64,000 bases of DNA from a bacterium (GTDB lineage Bacteria; Chloroflexota; Dormibacteria; Aeolococcales; Bog-877), in assembly GCA_021791415.1 (NCBI GenBank), contig JAJYWQ010000064.1, forward strand, positions 91,446 through 155,445, in the 5' to 3' direction. A program made the position numbers and the translations under genes. This document shows, in pieces, positions 20,861 through 30,478 of the stretch. Below the pieces are notes generated by a model that saw nothing but the letters and a program-made list of their open reading frames with translations, ran no database searches and was not told the origin of the DNA. Each line of letters begins with the position of its first letter. The first letter of the stretch is position 1.

Positions 20861-22989
20861 GGAGGCGTTCCGCGGCTGCGGTGGTCCTTGCCGGACACCT
20901 GCTCTCGGCGGGGACCGCCGCGGCGCCCACGGCACAGCCCACCCCGCCCCCCAGCGCGGCGGCCGCCTCAGCGGGGAGCGACAGCCAGCAGTGCGGCGGG
21001 ATCACCGACCCCTTCTGCTACGTCATCGATGCGTTCGTCTCAGGGCCGGTGGCCATCATGGGCAGCCTCGACGGAAGTCCCGACCCGGCCCACGTCGACC
21101 CCCTGACTGGGGCGGTGACCTCGGGCCCGTGGCACCTGATCACCACTCTCGTGGGCACCAACCCGGTGGTGGACAACTACGACGGGAGCCTCGGCGAGCC
21201 GGCTCATGAGTGCGGGTCATCCGGCTGCATCCCCTGGGTCCAGGAGATGAACGCCGTCCTCGAGCCGCTGTCCCTGGCACTCATCGTGATCGCCTTCGCG
21301 CTCCAGGTGTCGCTCTTCATGGCCGGACAGCAGCTCAACCTCAGGTCGGGCATCGTGCCCTGCCTGATCGCCGCCGCGGTCCTCGGGGCGGGACTTCCGC
21401 TGCACCTCGCTGGCCGCGTCATCGACATGGGGAGCTGGGTGTCCCAGGGGATCCTGGGGGCCACCTTCCACCGGCTGGGGGGCGCCGGCGCCGCCCCGCT
21501 GGACATGATGACCGTCCTCGCCATCACCGCCTACTGCCCGGAGGACAGTCCCATCATCCACCCGGGCATCCACCTCTCCCTGCCCGGCCCGAGCCCGCGC
21601 CAGCAGGTCCTGGTGGATCCCTGGATGGACCGGTCATTCAAGCAGTCTCACTGCATCGGGGCGTCCAGCCCAGACTTCACCAAGGAGGTCCTGGACCGCA
21701 GCGAGAACTTCTTCGGCCCCCCCCTCCACGACGCCAACTGCGACCGCGGAGACGCATCCCCCGGTCAGCCCCTCTGCACCAACACCGACAACCAAGTCAA
21801 CAACAACCAGGGCCAGAACTGCCTGGAGGGCAGCGGCGGGTCCACCGTTGGGGCGCTCCAATTGGGGGTGCTGCCGCTGCCGGGCGAGCCTCGGGCGGGT
21901 GACGGGCAGAGCCCGGCCGACTGTCGCTACGCGGACATCTATTGGGGCACGGTGCCCACCTTCACCGATGTCTGGGCGGGAGTTGGCCCCCATGGGCGCA
22001 ACGGCTACGACGTCCCCGACGGGCTCATGGGGATGGTGGCGTTCACCGCCCTCACCGGGCTCGGCCTGTGGCTGGCGCTGACCTACCTGGCCCGCTTCAT
22101 CGTCCTCTCCCTCCTCGCGGCCTGCTCCAGCCTGGCCTTCGTGGCGCTGGCGCTGCCCGGAGGGCGGACCCTCTTCAACCGCTACTGGGCCACGATCGGA
22201 GCCCTCTCCGCGGTAGTTGTGGTCCAGACCCTGATCTTCCTGGCCTTCGTGGCGGTGGTCTCCACCGTCTCCGGCCTGGCCCCCGTGGCCGCGCACGGAT
22301 CCTGCCCCTTCATCTCCCCGACCTCCCGTACGGGCTGCGCCGCGGCTCAGGGCGGACTCCTGGCCGAAGTGGGCAGTGGCAACCCCGGGGACCAGTTCGC
22401 CAAGTGCCTGCTGGCGGCCGTGACAGTCTTCCTCATGGTGGAGGTGCCGGGCCGCATCAGCCGGGGCGAGATGTCCACAACCCGCCGGGTCCGCGCCCTG
22501 GCCGAGCTGTCTGCAGGGACCGTGCTTGGCGGCTCCCTGCTGGCGGCCAGCGGCACCCTGCCCCAGGCCCGGCGCTACGGCTCCCGCTGGGGTGGGCAGG
22601 CCGCCCACGCCCTGGGGCTGCCCGGGCGACCGGAGGAGGACCTCGCCAGAAGGCTCGAAAGTGCGGTGCCCGGGGCGGGCGCCCGGTGGCCGACTGTGGT
22701 CGGACGGGAGTCGAGAGAGCAGTTTCTCGGTCGCCAGCTGCTGCGGGACGGAAGCCGTCAGCAGGAGCTCGGCAGGCTGACCAGCTTCAGCCCGGACGAT
22801 CTGGCGGCGATCAGGGCGCTGCCCGAGGGGACGGAGCTGGCGGAGGCACTCCGCGCCCTTGGGGCCCAGTACGCGGCCGCCGGAGGTCCCGCGGTCCACA
22901 GCCTGGACGTGGCCTACCTCAATGCCCTGCGGCGCGGCAGACTTCGGCCCCAGCCGGGCCCCCCGCGGGACCAAGCGAGGCGAGCATGA
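20857..22989 (+). CDS. Large VirB6/TrbL-like membrane protein with Cys-rich insertion
   Basis: YLARFIVLSLLAACSSLAFVALALPGG...W...Q core aligns by eye with 40195-41091. Start uncertain (CTG 20857 or GTG 20881). Confidence 0.7.
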   Translation: MRRRSAAAVVLAGHLLSAGTAAAPTAQPTPPPSAAAASAGSDSQQCGGITDPFCYVIDAFVSGPVAIMGSLDGSPDPAHVDPLTGAVTSGPWHLITTLVGTNPVVDNYDGSLGEPAHECGSSGCIPWVQEMNAVLEPLSLALIVIAFALQVSLFMAGQQLNLRSGIVPCLIAAAVLGAGLPLHLAGRVIDMGSWVSQGILGATFHRLGGAGAAPLDMMTVLAITAYCPEDSPIIHPGIHLSLPGPSPRQQVLVDPWMDRSFKQSHCIGASSPDFTKEVLDRSENFFGPPLHDANCDRGDASPGQPLCTNTDNQVNNNQGQNCLEGSGGSTVGALQLGVLPLPGEPRAGDGQSPADCRYADIYWGTVPTFTDVWAGVGPHGRNGYDVPDGLMGMVAFTALTGLGLWLALTYLARFIVLSLLAACSSLAFVALALPGGRTLFNRYWATIGALSAVVVVQTLIFLAFVAVVSTVSGLAPVAAHGSCPFISPTSRTGCAAAQGGLLAEVGSGNPGDQFAKCLLAAVTVFLMVEVPGRISRGEMSTTRRVRALAELSAGTVLGGSLLAASGTLPQARRYGSRWGGQAAHALGLPGRPEEDLARRLESAVPGAGARWPTVVGRESREQFLGRQLLRDGSRQQELGRLTSFSPDDLAAIRALPEGTELAEALRALGAQYAAAGGPAVHSLDVAYLNALRRGRLRPQPGPPRDQARRA

Positions 22990-23360
22990 CGGACGCCGAG
23001 GTACCCCAGCCGATCTCCGACGTGCCCAGCCGGTGGGGAGGGCTGACCACGCCCCAGCTGGGCTGGCTCGGCGGTGCGGCCGCACTGCCGATGATCCTGG
23101 TCCACGCGCATTGCGGTCTGGCAGCGACTGTCACCGGGGCGGTGCCGTGGGCGGCCGGCTGTGTCGTGCTGGGCTTCGGCAGCTGCCGGGGCCGCCGGCT
23201 CGATGCCTACCTTCTTGACGCGGCGCGCTTCCGGACCCAGCGACGGCGGCTGTGCCACCCGGACGTGTCGGCGTCGCCCCAGGAGTTCCGCGCCGTGGAC
23301 GGCTCGGAGCGCTGGCCCCTGGCCTGGAACGTGCCCTCAGGAGCCCCGGCCGAGCGATGA
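22986..23360 (+). CDS. PrgI-family (VirB3-like) protein
   Basis: VPQPI...GGLTTPQL, two TMs, GRRLDAYLLDAARF; ATGA overlaps at both ends. Confidence 0.75.
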   Translation: MTDAEVPQPISDVPSRWGGLTTPQLGWLGGAAALPMILVHAHCGLAATVTGAVPWAAGCVVLGFGSCRGRRLDAYLLDAARFRTQRRRLCHPDVSASPQEFRAVDGSERWPLAWNVPSGAPAER

Positions 23361-25558
23361 GGTTTCCCCCGCGCTCGGGATCAACCCTGGACCTCATCGA
23401 CCTCGCCTACCTGGAGGGCGGCGTTGTTCGCCTCCGGGACGGGCGCCACCGGGTGGGGCTGGAGCTGGCAGCCCTCAACCTTCTGCTGCGGTCCAGCGCC
23501 GAGCGGCAGCTGATCTGGAGGCGCTACTGGCGGGCGCTCTCGACCCTCTCGGGGCCCGTCTCCCTCTACTGCTTCTCCCGGCCCCTGTCCCCCTCCACCC
23601 AGCCGGCGGCCACCGCCAATGGGCGCCTGGACGCCGAGTACTCGGCATCACTTCTGGCCAGTGGCCAGGTCCACCTCCGTCACCACCTGGCTGTGATCTG
23701 GGACGACTCCTCCGCGAGCCTGCGGGGGGCCCTGCCAGGGAGACTCCGCCGAGGAGGAGCCCTTGACCTGGACCAGCGCCGGAGAGCCGTTGCGGCGGCA
23801 TTGGCCGGCCCTGGGCTGCGTCCCCGTCCCCTCGAGGACGGGGATTGGCTGCGCCTGCTGCAGGAGCTGACAGGTGGGCGGAGTGGACGGCCCACCGCCA
23901 GCTTCGCCAGCTGGGTGGCGCCAGAGACAGCCACGGTGAGGCCGGACCGGCTGGAGCTCTCGGACCGGGTGGCCCGCAGCCTGGTCGTGCGCGGCTTCCC
24001 CCGCCGTCTGCAGCTCGGCTGGCTAGCCCCTCTGGTCCTGGCCGCCCCTGGCCCGCTCCGGATGGCTCAGCACCTGTACCCGGTGCCCAAGGTGCACAGC
24101 CTGAGCCATCTGCGCCGGCGTATCCGCACCTTCGAGACCGGGCTGGAGGTGGACCGGCGCCAGGGTCGGCGCCCGGATGCCGGCACCCGGGCAGCACTCG
24201 AGGACGCCCTGGCCCTCGAGGAGCGGGTCCTTTTGGAGGAGGACCACCTGATGCGGCTGGTGACCTGCGTCACGGTGGAGGGGTCCAGCACGGCGGAGAT
24301 GGAGCTGGGGTGGGAGCAGGTGGTCAACACCCTCATCGAGCTTGGATGCACCCCGGTTCCGCTGTTCAACCGCCAGGCGGACGGGTGGCGGGCAACGCTG
24401 CCGCTCGGTGTGGACCCCCTCGGCTGGTCCCGGGACATGACGGCGGCAGCCACCGCCACCGCCATCCCGTTCCTGCGGGCGACCCTGGATGTGAGGAACG
24501 GGGTGCTGCTGGGGCCCAGCCCCAGCACGAGGGAGCTGGTGACCGTCGATCCCCTGGCCAGCTCCAACCCCAACCGCAACGTCCTGGTCCTGGGGACCTC
24601 CGGCGGTGGCAAATCCTTCACCTCCAAGTTGCTCGCTGCCCGCCTCTTCCTCCAGGGGTGCCGGCTCCGCTGCCTGGACCCCGCGGGGGAATACCTGAAG
24701 CTGGGGGCACTTCTCGGAGCGCGCTGCCTGGACCTGGGCGCGACCGGCGAGCCCGGCCTCAATGTTCTCGGTCCACCTGGCCAGGAGCCCGAGGGGCGGG
24801 TGGAGCGGGCCATGCCTCTGCTGACGCGGCTGCTGGGGTCGAGCCGGTCGGCCGCCGCGCGGGCCTCCCTGGAGGCCATCGGGCTGGCCGCTCTGACCGC
24901 CCTGCGGCTCCAGCCCGCTGAAGCTGGCCTCGCTGAGGTCTTGGAGCAACTGGAGGCGTCGGGCCAGGGGGAGCTCGCAGCCGGTCTGCGGCGGCGGGCT
25001 GCCGGCCCTGGTGCCGGCGTCTTCCAGGGCGCAGGCGGAGTCGGCGGCGATGACGCCCTGGTCATCTCCCTGCGCCACCTCCACGCCCGGGAGGAGCTCC
25101 TGGGGGCAGCCATGGAGCTGGTGCTCTGGCACCTCGAGGCAGACCTCGAGCACCCGCACTCCCGACCCACCCTGGTGGTCGTGGACGAGGCGGAGGTCCT
25201 GCTCTCCTCCCCATCGGGAGCGCGCTTCCTGGAGAGCATGGCCCGGCGGATCCGCAAACTGGGAGCCGGGCTGCTGGTGGTTTCCCAGGTGGTCGAGGAC
25301 TTCCTCAACTCTCCCGTGGGCAACGTGGTGATTCGCAACTGCCATACCAAGCTGCTGCTCCGCCAGGAGCCGGTGGCCCTTGCCGGGGTGCGGCGCGCCT
25401 TCTCGCTCTCCGAGGCGGAGTGCGAGCTCCTCCGAGATGCGGAGCCAGGGTGCGGGCTGGTGCTGGCGGGGGATGAGCATGCCAGCTTCCGAGGGGGAGC
25501 TCCTCAGGCTTGGTGGCCGGCCCTGACCACAGGTCAGCTGGCCGCGGGCTCCCCGTGA
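23357..25558 (+). CDS. VirB4-like T4SS ATPase
   Basis: NRNVLVLGTSGGGKS, LDPAGEY, VVVDEAE, ARRIRKLG, VSQVVEDF. Confidence 0.9.
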   Translation: MRFPPRSGSTLDLIDLAYLEGGVVRLRDGRHRVGLELAALNLLLRSSAERQLIWRRYWRALSTLSGPVSLYCFSRPLSPSTQPAATANGRLDAEYSASLLASGQVHLRHHLAVIWDDSSASLRGALPGRLRRGGALDLDQRRRAVAAALAGPGLRPRPLEDGDWLRLLQELTGGRSGRPTASFASWVAPETATVRPDRLELSDRVARSLVVRGFPRRLQLGWLAPLVLAAPGPLRMAQHLYPVPKVHSLSHLRRRIRTFETGLEVDRRQGRRPDAGTRAALEDALALEERVLLEEDHLMRLVTCVTVEGSSTAEMELGWEQVVNTLIELGCTPVPLFNRQADGWRATLPLGVDPLGWSRDMTAAATATAIPFLRATLDVRNGVLLGPSPSTRELVTVDPLASSNPNRNVLVLGTSGGGKSFTSKLLAARLFLQGCRLRCLDPAGEYLKLGALLGARCLDLGATGEPGLNVLGPPGQEPEGRVERAMPLLTRLLGSSRSAAARASLEAIGLAALTALRLQPAEAGLAEVLEQLEASGQGELAAGLRRRAAGPGAGVFQGAGGVGGDDALVISLRHLHAREELLGAAMELVLWHLEADLEHPHSRPTLVVVDEAEVLLSSPSGARFLESMARRIRKLGAGLLVVSQVVEDFLNSPVGNVVIRNCHTKLLLRQEPVALAGVRRAFSLSEAECELLRDAEPGCGLVLAGDEHASFRGGAPQAWWPALTTGQLAAGSP

Positions 25559-26235
25559 ACCCCCGGCGCCTGCTGTCCGGCATGGGGCCCCTGCTGGCCC
25601 TGGGTTGCCTGGTCCCCGCGGTCCTTGGGGCCAGCCTCGTGGGGTTGCTGGGGGCCGGGGCAGCGGCCGCCGGGTGGCCCGCGCTGGGTGGCTTGCTCCC
25701 CGATCCTGGAGGGCTGGTCCTGCGGCCTGGAGAGGTGGTCCTGGCGAGCTCGCCCTCCTTCCCGGAGTGGGCGGCCCCGTGCGGCCCCGAGCCGGGAGCA
25801 CTGGCGGTCCAGCCCTCGGCCTGCACCGGACATCCTGAGCCGTTCCCGGCCAACTACCAGGGCTTCTCCACGGGTCAGTGCACCTGGTATGTGGCCACCC
25901 GCCGGCTGGTCACCTGGCACACCCCTCAGGGCCTCCTGGGCGGCAACGGGGGACAGTGGCTGGAGCTGGCTTCGGCGGCGGGCTATGCGGTCGGCGTCTC
26001 CCCGGAGCTGGGGGCCATCGCGGTCTACGGAGACCGCGGCCCTGGCCACGTGGCGTTCGTCGTCGGGGTGGGCGCCGACGGGTCGTACACGGTGGCGGAG
26101 TCCAACTGGGCGCTCCTCGGGCCCGTCCCGCCCTACGTGGACCTCAGGGGGGTCGCGGCCGGAGCTACCGGGAGCGCGACCGAGACACTCCTGGGGTTCG
26201 TCTACGGCCCCGCGGAGCTGCCGTCCCCATCCTGA
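25555..26235 (+). CDS. CHAP-domain peptidoglycan hydrolase
   Basis: GQCTWYV, GNGGQW, GHVAFV, AESNW; hydrophobic N-terminus. Confidence 0.88.
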   Translation: MNPRRLLSGMGPLLALGCLVPAVLGASLVGLLGAGAAAAGWPALGGLLPDPGGLVLRPGEVVLASSPSFPEWAAPCGPEPGALAVQPSACTGHPEPFPANYQGFSTGQCTWYVATRRLVTWHTPQGLLGGNGGQWLELASAAGYAVGVSPELGAIAVYGDRGPGHVAFVVGVGADGSYTVAESNWALLGPVPPYVDLRGVAAGATGSATETLLGFVYGPAELPSPS

Positions 26236-26254
26236 CGCTCCGTATGCTGAGACG

Positions 26255-27508
26255 GTGGAGGCGGCTGCAGAACTGGGCACCGGGAGGCGGGCGCGGCGGC
26301 GCGCGCTGGGCCTTGTGGCCACGTCGCACGCCGGCCAGCACATGTACTCGGGTCTCCTACCCCTGACCTACCCGGCGATCCTGGTCGACTTCCACCTCAA
26401 CTACGCCACCTTGGGGCTGGCCGTCGGGGTGATCGGGGTGGTGGGCGGACTCACCCAGGCCAGCGCCGGGTACGTCGGCCAGCGGGTGGCGGCCCGTTGG
26501 ATCCTCGGCTGCCAGAACCTGGTCGTGGGGCTCTGCGCCATTCTCGGCGCGCTGGCCCCCACCTACCCCCTGTTTGCCACCGGTCAGGGGCTGGCGCTCC
26601 TGGGATCGAGCCAGCAGCACCCGGTGGGGAGTTCGGTGGCGGCCCGGGTGTACCCCGACCGCCGGGGAACCGCTCTCAGCGTCGCCACCATCGGGGGAAG
26701 CGTGGGCTCGCTGATAATCCCCATCCCGGCGGCCCTGCTCATCGCCAATCTGGGCTGGAGACCGACCCTCCTCATCCTGGCCATCCCCCTCTTCCTGCTC
26801 GGACTCCTCCTGCTCCTCACCTTTCCCGCGGTCCCCGGCGATCGAGGCAAGGGTGTCCCCCGGCCGAGCCTGCGTCCCCACCTGCCGAGGATCCGGCGCG
26901 ACCAGCTGGTCGACCCCCGGGTGGCGATCTTCGGGGTTGCCGCCGCGACGATCGCCGCTGGTGGTCGTGGGCTGGGGACTCTCAACGCCTTCATCCCCCT
27001 CTACCTGCGCAACGGAGTCCACCTCCCCGAGGCCACGGTGGGGGTGGTCTTCAACGTGGTCCTGGTGGGGGCGGTGCTGGGACCGATCCTGGGCGGGCCG
27101 CTCTCGGACCGGCTCGGACGCATCCCCGTGCTGTGGGGCGCGTACGCGCTGTCGGCGGTCGCCGTCCTGGCCTTTGGGCTCGCTTCGTCGCTGCCACTTG
27201 CCGGCCTGGCGGCACTGGCCCTGATCGTGGGGCTGGTGGCGTATGTTGAGAACCCGCTGCTCCAGGCCCTGGTGAGCGACAGCATCGCCACCTCCGCCCA
27301 GGCTGGGATGTTCGGCTTCTACTTCGCGCTCTCGTACGGAGTCGGGTCGCTCTGGATCGTGGCCATCGGCCAGGTCATCCAGCACCTCGGCTTCTCCGCC
27401 GGCTTCGGCGTGATGGCCGGCTCGTACGTGGGAGCGGGCCTGCTCCTGATCCCCTGTGTTGGAAGGACTCGGAGCCGCCCGTCCGCCGGCGGCCAGGCCG
27501 CCAGGTGA
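26255..27508 (+). CDS. MFS transporter
   Basis: About 12 TMs, GPLSDRLGR motif; TATGCT 6 nt upstream of the GTG. Confidence 0.88.
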   Translation: MEAAAELGTGRRARRRALGLVATSHAGQHMYSGLLPLTYPAILVDFHLNYATLGLAVGVIGVVGGLTQASAGYVGQRVAARWILGCQNLVVGLCAILGALAPTYPLFATGQGLALLGSSQQHPVGSSVAARVYPDRRGTALSVATIGGSVGSLIIPIPAALLIANLGWRPTLLILAIPLFLLGLLLLLTFPAVPGDRGKGVPRPSLRPHLPRIRRDQLVDPRVAIFGVAAATIAAGGRGLGTLNAFIPLYLRNGVHLPEATVGVVFNVVLVGAVLGPILGGPLSDRLGRIPVLWGAYALSAVAVLAFGLASSLPLAGLAALALIVGLVAYVENPLLQALVSDSIATSAQAGMFGFYFALSYGVGSLWIVAIGQVIQHLGFSAGFGVMAGSYVGAGLLLIPCVGRTRSRPSAGGQAAR

Positions 27509-27662
27509 GACCAGGCAGGCCGGGCCCAGCCAGACCCATCGTGAGTCGCGAGCCACCGGGACCTGCAGGTCGGGGAGGGACAGCCTCCGCCCCTTCGCAG
27601 ACGCGAGCCCGTCGCCCGGCCGGGCCGGCGAGAGTCCTGGCCGCAATTCGATTTGGGGCTCC

Positions 27663-27899
27663 GTGGCCGGGGCTCTGAGCGACCTCAAGGAGCTGGAGGC
27701 TGCCGCCAGCGAGGCGAGATCCGTTCTGCGCCGCCTGGAGCGCCTGCACGGCCGTCTGCAGGGAACGCAGAGCGCCGACCTCCTCCGCCAGGCCGAGGCT
27801 CTCATGGATGGCGGACGGCAGCTGCTGACCCAGTTGGAGACGGAGAGGGCCGAGGCGCGGGCGCGACTGCGCGGGCTGCTGCGAGAGGGGGCGGACTAG
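27663..27899 (+). CDS. Small coiled-coil hypothetical protein
   Basis: Heptad-like Leu/Glu/Arg pattern; start inferred. Confidence 0.45.
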   Translation: MAGALSDLKELEAAASEARSVLRRLERLHGRLQGTQSADLLRQAEALMDGGRQLLTQLETERAEARARLRGLLREGAD

Positions 27900-28465
27900 G
27901 TCCTCGAGGTCGGCCCGACCGCCCCGCCGGGCCGGCTCAACCGATCCCACTCGGCGAGCCCGGAGAGGTCAGGGCGGTGCTCGCGGACCATGGTGACCAG
28001 GGTGTCGGCCGTTTGCCGGTCCAGGCGCAGCTTGATGCCGTCGGGGGGATTGCGCCGTAGGACCTCCAGGTTGCGCCGGCCGCCCCAACCGGATCGGTCG
28101 ATGCGGTAATCGCTGCTGTTGAGCTGGAAGACCACGATCCGCTGGCCGGGGATGGTCACCTCCACGCCCTCCAGTCCCGACCAGGTGGCGGTCACACTGC
28201 AGCCCTTGGTGATCCTCCGGACTCCCAGTTCTCCCACGTAGACCGCGTTCTGGCCCTGGCCGACGTAGGAGAGGACGGCCGACAGCAGCGCCCACATCTC
28301 CAGCACCAAAAGCCAGCCCCAGCTCCCGGTCAGCAGGGCGAGTACCACCCCGACCGGGATCATCAGCAGCGCCAGGACCCGGGCGGCACTCCAGGCGGCC
28401 CGCCATCGCTCCTGCGGCGAGGGGCGCAGCCGGACTTCGGCGCCGGGCACCGGCCTCTCCGTCAC
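27896..28465 (-). CDS. Hypothetical membrane protein (two TMs plus soluble domain)
   Basis: GTGA-coupled to the upstream UbiA-family gene. Confidence 0.6.
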   Translation of the reverse strand: MTERPVPGAEVRLRPSPQERWRAAWSAARVLALLMIPVGVVLALLTGSWGWLLVLEMWALLSAVLSYVGQGQNAVYVGELGVRRITKGCSVTATWSGLEGVEVTIPGQRIVVFQLNSSDYRIDRSGWGGRRNLEVLRRNPPDGIKLRLDRQTADTLVTMVREHRPDLSGLAEWDRLSRPGGAVGPTSRT

Positions 28466-29328
28466 CGGTGGGCCCCGGCGCCGGAGGCGCCGACCAGCCA
28501 GCCGCCCGCGATCGCTCCCGCCGCCAGGACCGGGAGCACGAACGGGTACTGCCCGGGACGACGCTCGGCCTCCAAGAGGACGCGGTCGACGGCCAGCAGC
28601 CCAAGCCCCGCGCCCGCACCCCGCAGGGCCCATGCCCGAGCCGCACCGGGCGAGCTCAAAACGCTCAGCGCCGCCGCTCCCGTTAGGGTCGCGTGAGCTC
28701 CGAGGCGGCTCCCCCGCACCCCCAGCAGCACAGGCAGGCTCCTGCGCCCGGCCGCCCGGTCCCGGGCGGCGTCCGGCCCCCCGTTGGCGAGGTGCAGCGC
28801 CAGCCCCATCAGGCCGGCCATCGCCATCAGGAGCCGGGGACGTACAGGCGGCAGACCCAGCGCCGCCGGTCCCAGCAGCGGCACCGTCCCGATGCCGACC
28901 GCGAAGGGGGCCCAGGAGAGCGGCGTGCGGCGAAGCCAGAGGTCGTATGACCAGCCGCTGGTCAGCCCCAGCGCCATGACCCGAAACGCCCGGCGTCCCG
29001 CCAGCGCGGCCACCAGAAGCGAGCCGGCGCCGGTGCCGAGGGCGAAGGCCAGGACGGCCCGCCGGGTCACCTCGCCACGGGGGATCGGCTTGTAGGGCTG
29101 GTGGATCAGATCGGCCCGATGATCGGCGACGTCGTTCAGAGATCCGGTGCTGACCTGGGCCAGGGCCATCGCCAGCGCCGCCAGGAATGCCGGAGTGCGG
29201 GGTCCATCACCTCCCTCGGCACGGGTCGCGGCCCACCCGGAGAGGGCTGTGAACGCGGTGCAGGCCAGAGATGGGCCCAGGTGGGCTGCGGCGACCCAGC
29301 CCCTCAGAGACCGGCTCCGATTTGGCAT
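28462..29328 (-). CDS. UbiA-family prenyltransferase
   Basis: NDVADHRADLIHQPYKPIPRG and second motif PDAARDRAAGRRSLP; multi-TM. Confidence 0.85.
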   Translation of the reverse strand: MPNRSRSLRGWVAAAHLGPSLACTAFTALSGWAATRAEGGDGPRTPAFLAALAMALAQVSTGSLNDVADHRADLIHQPYKPIPRGEVTRRAVLAFALGTGAGSLLVAALAGRRAFRVMALGLTSGWSYDLWLRRTPLSWAPFAVGIGTVPLLGPAALGLPPVRPRLLMAMAGLMGLALHLANGGPDAARDRAAGRRSLPVLLGVRGSRLGAHATLTGAAALSVLSSPGAARAWALRGAGAGLGLLAVDRVLLEAERRPGQYPFVLPVLAAGAIAGGWLVGASGAGAHR

Positions 29329-29360
29329 GCTCCCATGATGGTGGACCAAATGGGCGAGCT

Positions 29361-30416
29361 GTGAGGGGCGGGCGGGCGCGGCTCCTGGCCGCGGTGCGAC
29401 GAGAGCAGGTCGACGCCACCCCGGTGTGGTTCATGCGCCAGGCAGGCCGGTCCCTGCCTCAATACCGGGAGCTGCGGCGGCGCTGGGGGCTGATGGAGAT
29501 GGTGCACCAGCCGGAGCTCTGCGCCGAGGTCACCTGCATGCCCGTGGAGCTCCTGGGCGTCGACGCCGCCGTCCTGTTCGCCGACATCATGCTCCCCCTG
29601 GAGGGGATGGGCGTGCCCTTCGAGCTTCGGGAAGAGGTGGGCCCCTGGGTGAATGACCCTGTTCGCAGCGCCGCGCAGGTGAGGGCGCTGCGGAGCCCCG
29701 CGGTCGGGGAGGCCTACCCCTTCCTCCTGGAGGGCATCCGCATCGCCCGGGAGCGGCTTGGAGAGCGGGCGGGCCTGATCGGCTTCGGGCCGTCTCCGTT
29801 CACCCTCGCCTGCTACCTGGTCGAGGGCCATGGCAGCCGCGACTACCCGGCGCTCCGTGGGCTCCTGCGCGGGGAGCCCGAGCTGTTGGCGCAGCTTCTG
29901 GGCACCCTCACCGACCACCTGGGCGACTACCTGTTGGCCCAAGCGGAGGCCGGCTGCGAAGTCGTCCAGGTCTTCGACAGCTGGGTCGGGGTCCTGGACG
30001 AGAGGGCGTTCCGGGAACACCTCCTGCCCCACCTGCGGCGCCTCTTCGACCGGCTTCGGGGGAGGGTGCCCGCCATCTACTTCTCCACCGCCTCGACCCA
30101 TCTCCTGCCCGCCTTCTCCGACCTGGGCGCTGCCGGGATCTCCGTGGACTGGCGCGTGCCGCTGGACACCGCCTGGGACACCGTGGGCGCGGACCACTTC
30201 CTGCAGGGCAATCTGGACCCGGCAGCGTTGCTGGCTCCGTGGGAGCGCCTGCGGCCGCTGGCCGCAGACGTCCTGGCCCGGGCGCGGGGGCGGCGGGGCC
30301 ACGTTTTCAACCTCGGCCACGGCGTCCTGCCCGAGACCGAGCCGGCCCAGCTGCGGCGGCTGGTGGAGTACGTCCACGAGTTCGGTGGGCGGGAGGGCCG
30401 CCCGCTGCCAACTTGA
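29361..30416 (+). CDS. hemE: Uroporphyrinogen decarboxylase
   Basis: PVWFMRQAGR, LFADIM, QVFDSW, QGNLDP, FNLGHG. Confidence 0.95.
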   Translation: MRGGRARLLAAVRREQVDATPVWFMRQAGRSLPQYRELRRRWGLMEMVHQPELCAEVTCMPVELLGVDAAVLFADIMLPLEGMGVPFELREEVGPWVNDPVRSAAQVRALRSPAVGEAYPFLLEGIRIARERLGERAGLIGFGPSPFTLACYLVEGHGSRDYPALRGLLRGEPELLAQLLGTLTDHLGDYLLAQAEAGCEVVQVFDSWVGVLDERAFREHLLPHLRRLFDRLRGRVPAIYFSTASTHLLPAFSDLGAAGISVDWRVPLDTAWDTVGADHFLQGNLDPAALLAPWERLRPLAADVLARARGRRGHVFNLGHGVLPETEPAQLRRLVEYVHEFGGREGRPLPT

Positions 30417-30422
30417 CCGTGG

Positions 30423-30451
30423 CGGGGGGGATCGGTTAACTTCCCCCCCCG
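30423..30451. terminator. G/C hairpin after hemE (possible terminator)
   Basis: A G-run pairs with a C-run around the loop TCGGTTAACT; no U-tract. Confidence 0.35.
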
Positions 30452-30478
30452 TAACGCACGCGCTATGTGGGAGGACGT

